Shown here: positions 31,241 to 39,930 of the stretch, piece after piece
Layout: every line of letters starts with the position of its first letter
Position numbering within the stretch: the stretch's first letter is position 1
From: an uncultured bacterium
Lineage (GTDB): Bacteria; Verrucomicrobiota; Verrucomicrobiia; Verrucomicrobiales; DEV007
NCBI GenBank assembly: GCA_963977015.1
Contig: CAXBMO010000002.1
Location: 429,853 to 493,852, forward strand
Direction: 5' to 3'
DNA: 64,000 bases
Made by a program: the position numbers and the translations under genes
Notes under the pieces: generated by a model
Databases searched by the model: none
The model's input: only the letters and a program-made list of their open reading frames with translations
Told to the model about the DNA's origin: nothing

Positions 31241-34200
31241 GTGCTCGATTTCCACATCAAAGTCGTTTTCATCACCCGCCAGCTTGAGTCCAGCCAGGAC
31301 CAGGCCGAGCAATTCGTCTCTGAAGTTCTCTTCTGGCCGGGCCTCTCCACCTTTGGGAACCGCCTCAAGACGATTCGGCGCGATCAGGTCAAACTTGCCG
31401 AAGAAATTTTGAAGGGAGAGGATGCCGGAGACATCCACGAACGTCAGATCCCTTCCGACCCGAGCCGCGGGGGAGTTTTGGTCGAGCTGCACCCGCCCCA
31501 ACCTTCGGAAGCCTGGAACGAACCCGTCACGCTCAGCTTCGATACGGTTCACTGGGAGCAGGAAGGAACGCAGATCGCCTCGGTTCCTGATTTGGGAATC
31601 GAAGTCGTCGCCGAGAGCGAAAGCGAGTTGCCAACCATGCTCGAGGAACACGTTCGCACCGCGGTTCTGCGATCGGGAGCCGCAAAGTCGCTATTCGAAC
31701 TCGCTCATTTGCAACGAACTCAGGCGACTGAGATCGAGACGCAATTGGTGAACCTCTATCCGGAAACGCCAAAGGAACGCTGGGACAAATCCCTCGCGGA
31801 GGATCAAAAGAAGAGCGAACTCAGCAAAGTCGGGATTCGGATGGCGCCGGATGAAATGTCGGAGGCGTTTCTCTACGATGATCAGGTCGATCGCCTGGCA
31901 AAGATGCTGACTGGCCGCAGGGCGTTGAGTGTGTTGGTCGTGGGACCGCCGGGAGTCGGCAAATCTGCGGTCATTCACGAATTGGTCCGCCGCAAGAACG
32001 ACAACGGATTGGAGCGTTTCACCTTCTGGAAAACCAGCGGGGCACGGATCGTCGCCGGGCAAAGCGGATTTGGCGACTGGCAGCAGCGTTGTCAGAAAAT
32101 CGCGGAAGAGGCCCAGGAACAAAATGCGATTCTCTACTTCGGGAATCTTGCCGAATTGCTCGAAACCGGGCGGGCCGGGGGCAGCAGTGAAAACATCGCA
32201 GGCTTCTTTCGCCCCCGCATGGTTCGCGGGGAGCTGCTCGCGATCCTCGAATGCACATCGGAACAACTGACCGCGATTGAGAAGCGGGATCCGAGGATTC
32301 TCGACGGAGTGCGCCAGTTGAAAATTGAAGAGCCGGACGCGGCCTTGTCTTACGGCGTCCTCAAATGCGTTGCGGAGAAACTGATCGGCAAGAAGGACGA
32401 GGAGATCGATGAAGCCGCGCTGAAACGAGTTGATGCGCTTCACCGGCGTTACCTTGGCTACTCCGCCTATCCCGGGAAGCCGATCCGCTTTCTCGAGCGC
32501 CTGTTTTTCAATGCCCAGACGGAAAAACCACTCTCCATCGAGAACGTCAACGCCACGTTTTCCGCCGAAACCGGGCTGCCGCTCAATCTATTGGAAGACT
32601 CGATTCCCCTCGATCTGGAACGCGCTCGACTCTGGTTCCAAGATCGGCTAATGGGGCAGGACCGTGCCGTCGATTTCGTGGTTGATACCATTGCGATGAT
32701 CAAAGCCCGGCTGGCCCGCCCCGGAAAGCCGCTTGGTTCGTTTCTCTTTGTTGGGCCGACCGGCGTTGGAAAAACCGAGTTGGCCAAATGCCTGGCCCAG
32801 TACTTTTACGGCAGCCAGGAACGCATGATTCGCCTCGACATGAGCGAGTTCAACAGCCCGGGAAGCGCAACCCGGCTCGTCAGCAGCAACTCGGGCGATC
32901 TGGAAGGGCTCCTCACCGCTCAAATGCGCGATCAGCCTTTTTCCGTGGTTCTTTTGGACGAGTTTGAAAAGGCCGCCCCCCAAGTTTTTGATCTCTTTCT
33001 CCAAGTTCTTGGGGAAGCGCGATTGACGGACGCTGCGGGCCGGGTGGCGGACTTCAGCAACGCCATTGTCATCATGACCTCCAACCTCGGGGCTCAGAAT
33101 TTCCGCGCGGGAGCCAATCTCGGCTTTGGCGGTGCCGACGCTGCGGATCTCGGTGCGGAAGAGCACTTTACGAGCGAAGCCAAAAAGCGTTTCCGCCCCG
33201 AATTCTTCAACCGGATCGACCGGATCGTCCCTTTCCTCCCGCTCACCCGTCAGGTGCTCGAACGCATTGTCGCCAAGGAATTGGACGCGATTCAGCGGCG
33301 TGACGGGCTTCGGGAACGCCAGCTCGATCTCCAGTTGAACAGCACCGTGTTGGACGAAATTCTCAAGCACGGACATGATCCGCGTTATGGCGCCCGCCCG
33401 CTCCGGCGCGAGTTGGATCAACGCCTGCTGCGCCGGGTGGCCCAGGAGCTCAACCAGGGTCCGGTCCGCGAACGCGGTCATGTGCTGGTCGATGAAGTCG
33501 CGGTCACCTTTCAACGGCGCACGGAAAAGCAAGCCGCCGATGATGTCCACGCCGACGTGCTCGCCAATGCCGCAGATCTTCGCCGCAAATTCCAGGGACT
33601 GAAGCGGGCGACTTTCGTCAATGAGCTCAACAGCGAGCGCTATCGTCTCGAGCGCGTGATTGCCAATCACCAACGCAACAAAGCCAAAGACCAGACCACG
33701 GATTTAACGCCGACCTACGCGCGAAAATCGCTGATCGACGAGCTTCTGAACCATTTGGAGCGCCGAACCAAAGCGGTGACGATTCGGGAGGAAGCACTGC
33801 TGTTGGAAACCGTCGGCCAAGGCCCACAGGGGCGAAAAAGCAGGCTCACCCAGGCCGATTACCAGGCACTCTTGGTTGACCTGTTTGCAGCAGCCGAGAA
33901 CAACCCGGATTCGATTGTCCTCATTTTTCAGGCGGAACGAGCCGACCGCCTGATCGAAGTTTCCTCCGATTATCAACAAGTCGCACTGAGCTTCGGCTGC
34001 GAAGTCGAGTTGGGGTATTATCTCAAGAAACCTCCGAAATCCTTCATCAACGAGGAAGACGCAACCGCCCGGCCCGAGATCGTTTCTGAAACCGAGACCG
34101 AGAACTTTTTTACCGATCCGCCCAGTAACGTTGCCGCCGTTGCCCTTCGCATTTCCCAAGCTCATTCCTTTCTCCGGTTTCAAGGCGAATTGGGAGGTCA

Positions 34201-34471
34201 TGAATTTGAAAATGACGAGGGCAAGGACAAGAAGAAGGACCGGCTCGTTATCTCCGACATCGACACCTCCCTGGCCGAAGCCTGGGTTTCGCTCGAAAGC
34301 CTCCAACGCCCGCAGTTGAAAAACACGCCCATTCATCGGCACTACAATCTGGTGCGCAACAATTGGCGCGACAGCAATTTCAACGCCTCGGGCCAGGGAC
34401 ACTACTCGCCCGAACTCCTGGAATCGATCCTCATTGAGCGCGTTCTGACGCTGGCGATGCGGGCCCTGTGA
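31241..34471 (+). CDS. Atypical Clp/Hsp100-like double-AAA+ ATPase with HicB-like N-terminus and release-factor-like C-terminal domain
   Basis: NBD1 GPPGVGKS with degenerate Walker B (LYFGN); NBD2 [40 protein letters not shown]; about 300-aa C-terminal extension. Confidence 0.88.
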   Translation: [1076 protein letters not shown]

Positions 34472-34486
34472 TCTGTGCCTCCGTTC

Positions 34487-35032
34487 CTACCCCCGGTGAA
34501 CGTTCGCCGCCAGTTTGAGGACGCTGGAGTTCAGCTGAATATTGCGTTGCTTCAGGGGGGAGAGGTAGGCGTCAAATCCCAGCTTGTTTCTGCTTTCGAA
34601 CAGCTCCACACACGGTTCGTAGGAAATCTTCTCTTCCTTGCCGCGCAAATGAATCACCAGAGTTGGGCCGCCCCGCGTCACATCCAGCGCATGCTTCAGG
34701 TCCTTGGCGGTTGCGGTAAACAGGATGCTGCAACGCTGGATCTCCATCTGGTTGGTCGTGCGATCAACCCCTGCAACCCGGAGTTCTTTGCCCTTCAGAG
34801 GATGCCCGTCCAGAGAGGCAAACGCCCGGGCCGGCTCGCCCTCGCTATAAACGCCCAGATAAATGTTCCCGTCCTTGCCCGGTTCCAGAGGCCATTCGGC
34901 AAATTTGGCGATGGAGTAGCAAATTGCAGCCGCCAGCTCATGCTTTTCCGCTGCGGCAGCGGGATTGGCCATCCAAATCCCGGCAGCAGCAATCAAACAC
35001 CCCAAAAGGGTGCCGATGGCGTGACGTTTCAT
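34487..35032 (-). CDS. YfiR (DUF4154)-like periplasmic protein
   Basis: Signal peptide; AAAICYSIAKFAEWP, CSILF, LNSSVLKLA resemble YfiR; start at ATG 35032. Confidence 0.75.
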   Translation of the reverse strand: MKRHAIGTLLGCLIAAAGIWMANPAAAAEKHELAAAICYSIAKFAEWPLEPGKDGNIYLGVYSEGEPARAFASLDGHPLKGKELRVAGVDRTTNQMEIQRCSILFTATAKDLKHALDVTRGGPTLVIHLRGKEEKISYEPCVELFESRNKLGFDAYLSPLKQRNIQLNSSVLKLAANVHRG

Positions 35033-35171
35033 GTATTTCGCAGGTTCTAAGCAGGCCCCGAGGGCGCCGGAGGCTAGCTGAAACCATATCAACCGTCTAC
35101 TGAATATTGCGGGCACGGAGAAGCAACAATTGCCGGTGGACTCCCTCCGGGGCTGGCCGAGAGTCGGGACC

Positions 35172-35777
35172 ATGCCCCCAGAACCCTTTCGCATTGATGA
35201 TGTATCCGGCTGGTCACGCTTGCGCGAAGAACGGCTCTTCGATCACCAATACATTCAGATCGATGAGGTGGAGTACCGAACCCCGAACCGGCCGGATTCG
35301 GTGAAGTGGACCATCGCGCGACGCAAAAGCGGCGTTTGCATCGCCCCGATGCTGGCAGACGGGCGCCTCCTTATGATTCAGCAGGAACGCTACCCGATTC
35401 AACGCGTGTTGTGGGAATTTCCCGCCGGACAAATCGACCAGGCCGGCTGGCGCGAGAACTCGCAGTTGATTCTGGATGCCGCCGACCGCGAATTGACGGA
35501 GGAAACCGGCCATCAGCTTTCGGAAGGCGGCGAATTGACGCCACTCGGACACTTTTTCTGCTCACAGGGCTTTACCGACGAACACGTTTATCTCTTTCTC
35601 GCCAAGCCGGTCGAGCCAACCGGCAAGGGGCTGCAGCTCGATCCGGGCGAGAATATTCTCGATTGCCGTCCGTTTACGCAGCATGAGATCCGAGAAAAAG
35701 TCGCCCAAAACGAGATTGTGGATGCGAACTCGCTGGCAATCTTCGCAAGACTTTGCGCTCGGGGAATCTTTGGCTAA
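35172..35777 (+). CDS. NUDIX hydrolase (ADP-ribose pyrophosphatase-like)
   Basis: QERYP, WEFPAGQID...RELTEETG, GFTDE. Confidence 0.9.
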   Translation: MPPEPFRIDDVSGWSRLREERLFDHQYIQIDEVEYRTPNRPDSVKWTIARRKSGVCIAPMLADGRLLMIQQERYPIQRVLWEFPAGQIDQAGWRENSQLILDAADRELTEETGHQLSEGGELTPLGHFFCSQGFTDEHVYLFLAKPVEPTGKGLQLDPGENILDCRPFTQHEIREKVAQNEIVDANSLAIFARLCARGIFG

Positions 35778-35812
35778 ATTGCCGCCCTTTTTAACCAAAA
35801 CTGCGTGTAATT

Positions 35813-37774
35813 GTGATTTTTAACTCCCTGCTCGGCAAACTCTTCCGAATTCGCGAGAACTCCGCCCAACGTAACCGGGGGCTTGGAGCCGATGAGGGCT
35901 TTGACGGAGCCGAGATGCCGTTCCTCGATCACCTGGAGGATCTGCGCAAAATGCTCTTCCGCATCATCATCACCCTGATGATCGCGATGATTGCCTGCTT
36001 TGCGGTCAACGAGAAGCTGCTCGACTGGATCCGCCTTCCCATGAAGTGGGCCAATATCGGCGGCGGAGGCCCCGCGTTTTTCAAAGCTACTGACAACGCG
36101 GAAGATCCCAACATCATCAAGGTGAGCGATTGGGTGGTGACGCGCGGTGGTTTTGTCGGTCGGGTCAAGGTGCAGGACAAGGAGGCAGGAATGACCCAGT
36201 TGGCGATTGGAGATCCGCCTCAATTCGTCTTTCCATCCGCCGACCTTACGGAAATCGCGCCGCCCGATCCCGTTGTTATTGAGCCCGCCCCTGATGCAGT
36301 TGAGCCTGAACCAGAAGCGAAAGCGGAGCCTGAAGGAGCCCCGGAAACGTCCGAAGGAGACGAAACTCCTCCAACCAACGAGGAAGCGACCGAAACGGAT
36401 CCCGCCCCCGAAGCCGCTCCGGATCAGGAAGCACAGATTGATGCGGAGGCAGACGAAACGGCTTCCAGCGAAGAAGTGGAGGTCCCTGAAGTCGAGGAGA
36501 TTGAAGCCGTTGAGGAGCCACAGGGAATTCAAGTGGGCTCAACCGTTGCGACGCCGACCGGTTCGACGGGCAAAGTGGTTTCGATCGATGAAGTCGCGCA
36601 GACCACCACGGTCGAAATTGGCGATCCGCCCCTCGTTTGGTTGAGGTCGAGCGCGATTGTCACAAAACTCCAGAAGAAGGAAGACACTCCCGAAGAAGAG
36701 AAACACTCGGATGATCCGCGATCGATGATCGCCAACCAGAACTTCCTCGTGATGGAAGTCTTCCAACCTTACGAGGCCCTCGTCTTGACGCTGAAACTGG
36801 CGTTCTTCGCCGGATTGGTCATTTCCTTCCCGCTCGTGATCTTTTTCGTGGCCCAATTCGTCCTGCCCGGGCTTCGTCAGGTCGAGAAACGCGTCGTGTT
36901 TCCCTCGCTGGCGATCGGGTTCCTGTTATTTCTTGTCGGTGCCGCGTTTGCCTTCAGTGTTGGCCTTCCCCTTGCGCTGGATTTCCTCGCGGATTACACT
37001 TTGGAACGCGGCATCGAGCCGGGTTGGCGGATTGGTTACTACATCAAATTCGTGACGCAGGTGACCCTCGTTTTTGGTCTCGCGTTCGAGCTACCGGTCG
37101 TGGTGATGTCGTTGGTGAAGCTGGATCTGCTGACCTACCGCACGATGCGCGATTCCCGTGCCTATGCGATCGTCGTTCTGATGGTGTTGTCCGCCTTTTT
37201 GACGCCACCAGATCCAATGACACTGGTTCTGCTTTCGGTCCCGTTGATCCTCCTTTATGAGATTTGTATCTGGCTCGCCTACTTCATCGAGCGCAAGGAG
37301 TTGAAGCAAGAAGCGGAAGAAGAGCGCCGGCGTGCCGAGGAACGGGCCCAGCGTGAAAAGGAGCGTCAGGAGCGAATCGCAGCGGCTGAGACCATGACCG
37401 AAGAAGAGAAGCGGGAACTGGTCGCCGAGGATATCGAGAAATACGAAGCCTCCGTCACCGATGACGATGTTCACGCTCTCGATTCGCACGATGATCCGCA
37501 TCACGACGAGCATGTCGACTACCATCATGAGGATCCCCACCATGATTGGGACCACGATTACCATCACCATGATCCACATGCGGGAATGCCGACGATGATC
37601 GACATCAACAATGCCTCGATCGAAGAATTGCAGAAGCTCCCCGGAGTTGGCCCCAAACTGGCGGAACGGCTTTTCGAAGCTCGGCCCTACTACAGCGAAG
37701 ACGAACTTGAGTATCATGCCCACCTGCCGCAAAGCGTGATCAAACTCATCGTTGATCGCATTTACTACGGGTAA
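35813..37774 (+). CDS. tatC: Twin-arginine translocase subunit TatC with large insertions and a C-terminal HhH domain
   Basis: EMPFLDHLEDLR, FVLPGL..EKR, FGLAFELP, LTPPD, LLYEICI; 653 aa versus about 250 aa for typical TatC. Confidence 0.92.
   Translation: MIFNSLLGKLFRIRENSAQRNRGLGADEGFDGAEMPFLDHLEDLRKMLFRIIITLMIAMIACFAVNEKLLDWIRLPMKWANIGGGGPAFFKATDNAEDPNIIKVSDWVVTRGGFVGRVKVQDKEAGMTQLAIGDPPQFVFPSADLTEIAPPDPVVIEPAPDAVEPEPEAKAEPEGAPETSEGDETPPTNEEATETDPAPEAAPDQEAQIDAEADETASSEEVEVPEVEEIEAVEEPQGIQVGSTVATPTGSTGKVVSIDEVAQTTTVEIGDPPLVWLRSSAIVTKLQKKEDTPEEEKHSDDPRSMIANQNFLVMEVFQPYEALVLTLKLAFFAGLVISFPLVIFFVAQFVLPGLRQVEKRVVFPSLAIGFLLFLVGAAFAFSVGLPLALDFLADYTLERGIEPGWRIGYYIKFVTQVTLVFGLAFELPVVVMSLVKLDLLTYRTMRDSRAYAIVVLMVLSAFLTPPDPMTLVLLSVPLILLYEICIWLAYFIERKELKQEAEEERRRAEERAQREKERQERIAAAETMTEEEKRELVAEDIEKYEASVTDDDVHALDSHDDPHHDEHVDYHHEDPHHDWDHDYHHHDPHAGMPTMIDINNASIEELQKLPGVGPKLAERLFEARPYYSEDELEYHAHLPQSVIKLIVDRIYYG
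37493..37579 (+). repeat. 39-bp (13-aa) degenerate tandem repeat encoding a His/Asp-rich tract in tatC
   Basis: DPHHDEHVDYHHE / DPHHDWDHDYHHH / DPH; GATCC(G/C/A)CA(T/C) at 37493, 37532 and 37571. Confidence 0.75.
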
Positions 37775-37850
37775 AATGAACGCCGGGCAGGTTTCCGGTT
37801 CTGTTAATGATTGACGGGTCGATGTCCGATCCGCCAAATCTAGCTTTGCC

Positions 37851-39260
37851 ATGAGAAATTCCCCAGTCAGCCGCCGGACCATTCTGCACGGCATTGGATC
37901 CATTGGAATCGGGCTTCCGTTGCTCGAAGAGATGCAGGCCGCCAGCTCAGCCAGGGTTCCGGTTCGAGCGCTCAACGTGTTTTTCGGTCTCGGAATCCCG
38001 GCTCCGCTCCAGAAAGAAGGTTACGACGGAGTGCTTGAGCCCCTCAAGCCGCTTCGGGACAAGCTCTTGGTTCTGCGAAACGTCGATCAGGTGCGCTGCG
38101 ACCAAAAAGGCATCAATGCCCACTTTGACGGCGCATCCGGCGCCTTCACGGCCGAGCCTCCGGATGGAGAGGCGAAATCGGGTGGCCCTTCGATCGACCA
38201 GGTCGTCCGCGAAGCGGCTTATCCGGACGGATTGCCCGCGGGAATGGTTCCGACACTGATCGCGGGGACGTTTTTCCGCCGCAGCCGGGTCAGCCGCTAC
38301 GTTCACAGCTACAAAGCCGACGGGACCGTCGCGGGCGTGATTCAGGAGAAGCCGCGCGACCTGTTCGACCGCGTTTTTGGCACGGTTTCCATGCCGAAAG
38401 ACACCGATTTGCGCCAGGAACGGCTGAAGCGAAGCGTTTTGGATTCGGTGGTCGACCAGTACAAGTTTTACACGGGCGCGAATTCGCCACTCGGGAGCGC
38501 TTCGAAAGGGCGCATTTCCGATCACTTGGAGAAGATTCGCGAATACGAGCAACGGGCCTACGAAATGCGGGAGCGCGATCCGAACGCGCCCCAGATCCCT
38601 CCGCGGTCGCCATTGAAACACGGCGGTCAGGCCGATCCCGGCGGCGAGGGAATCGACATCACGCTCGACGAACTGACGAAGGAGTGGCGCCTGATGGCGG
38701 AGCTTTATGCGTTGGCGCTGCAAATGGATCGGGCGCGTTTTGGTGCCATTACGTTCCTTGCCGCCGGCGAGCGTATTCGCCTGACCGGCGACTACGTCTA
38801 CAACGGGAAAAAGCGCTTTGCGTTCAACGATCGCGAGCATCTCAACGCGACCGGATCGAAGGGCTGCAGCCACGAGTATTGGCACAAGTTCAATGAGAAG
38901 AAGGAGAACAAGGAGATGCGCGCTCACATCCACATGAAGATGCGGGAAGTCGCCTACTTCCTCAGTCTTCTCGATGGAAAGGAGGCACAGGAAGCCAACG
39001 GGAAGTCGATTCTGGAGAACTCGCTTCTCACGATTTCGACGGAGAGCGGTGATGGTCGCCATTCCGACACCACCCGTGAGTTGTCCGGAATTTTCCACGC
39101 GGTTTCCTCCGCCAACGGACGATTCAAAACGGGCGAGATTCTCGATGTCGGAGCTGAGGGACTCGATGTCTACAACACAATGCTCACGGCCATGAAAACG
39201 CCGCGAAAACTCGGCCCAGCTGACCGCACATCCCGCTCGGTCGACAAGATCCGCGCCTGA
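37851..39260 (+). CDS. DUF1552-domain protein with Tat-like N-terminus
   Basis: SRRTILHG.G..IGLPLLEEM, LEPL.P.RDK, SIDQ, PRDLFDRVFG, SVLD.V, SILENSL. Confidence 0.8.
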   Translation: MRNSPVSRRTILHGIGSIGIGLPLLEEMQAASSARVPVRALNVFFGLGIPAPLQKEGYDGVLEPLKPLRDKLLVLRNVDQVRCDQKGINAHFDGASGAFTAEPPDGEAKSGGPSIDQVVREAAYPDGLPAGMVPTLIAGTFFRRSRVSRYVHSYKADGTVAGVIQEKPRDLFDRVFGTVSMPKDTDLRQERLKRSVLDSVVDQYKFYTGANSPLGSASKGRISDHLEKIREYEQRAYEMRERDPNAPQIPPRSPLKHGGQADPGGEGIDITLDELTKEWRLMAELYALALQMDRARFGAITFLAAGERIRLTGDYVYNGKKRFAFNDREHLNATGSKGCSHEYWHKFNEKKENKEMRAHIHMKMREVAYFLSLLDGKEAQEANGKSILENSLLTISTESGDGRHSDTTRELSGIFHAVSSANGRFKTGEILDVGAEGLDVYNTMLTAMKTPRKLGPADRTSRSVDKIRA

Positions 39261-39920
39261 ATGTTCATGAACCCGCTCCGCCCGTTTCTATTTTTCCTCT
39301 TTCTTTCCTCCACCGCTTTCGGCGTGGAGTATGAACGGGACATCATGCCCATTTTCATAGAGAAATGTGCCGATTGTCACAGCACAAAGGCCGAGAAACT
39401 GAAGGCGGGTTTGGTATTTGATGATCCCGAGCGCTTTCACAAACGGTTCGCCAAGAACGACGTTGTGATTCCCGGTGATTGGGACGCGAGCTATCTCTTT
39501 GTAACTTTGTTCCGCCCTCCGGAAGCCAAAGAAGCCATGCCGCCCAAGGGAAAGGGCGATCGCCTGACGGCCGAAGAGGTGGTGCTTGTGATGCAATGGA
39601 TCGCCGACGGGGCGCCAATCAACGGAACCAAAGGGGACAAAGGGACGATGCCCGAGGATATGGCGACGGTGTTTGCCGATTTGCCTCCCGGGACATTCGC
39701 AACTGCCCCGGAACTCCGCTCGATGAACAAGAAGGCGGCCGAATTGCCGGTTGAAGAATCCTGGACCAACCGGGAGGGGCAAATGATTCAAGCGACCTTC
39801 CTGCGGGTCGAGGGCGAGATCGTGCTGCTTAAACTCACCAACGGCACTGTCATTCGCTATCCCATTGCGAAGCTCTCGACATCCAGCCAGGCTCGAATCA
39901 CCGAATTGAGCAACCTTTAA
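39261..39920 (+). CDS. Planctomycete-type cytochrome c domain + SHD1-like domain protein
   Basis: IMPIFIEKCADCH (CxxCH), MPPK, WIADGA; C-terminal WTNREGQMIQA...LSTSSQ. Confidence 0.82.
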   Translation: MFMNPLRPFLFFLFLSSTAFGVEYERDIMPIFIEKCADCHSTKAEKLKAGLVFDDPERFHKRFAKNDVVIPGDWDASYLFVTLFRPPEAKEAMPPKGKGDRLTAEEVVLVMQWIADGAPINGTKGDKGTMPEDMATVFADLPPGTFATAPELRSMNKKAAELPVEESWTNREGQMIQATFLRVEGEIVLLKLTNGTVIRYPIAKLSTSSQARITELSNL

Positions 39921-39930
39921 GGTCTTCCCG

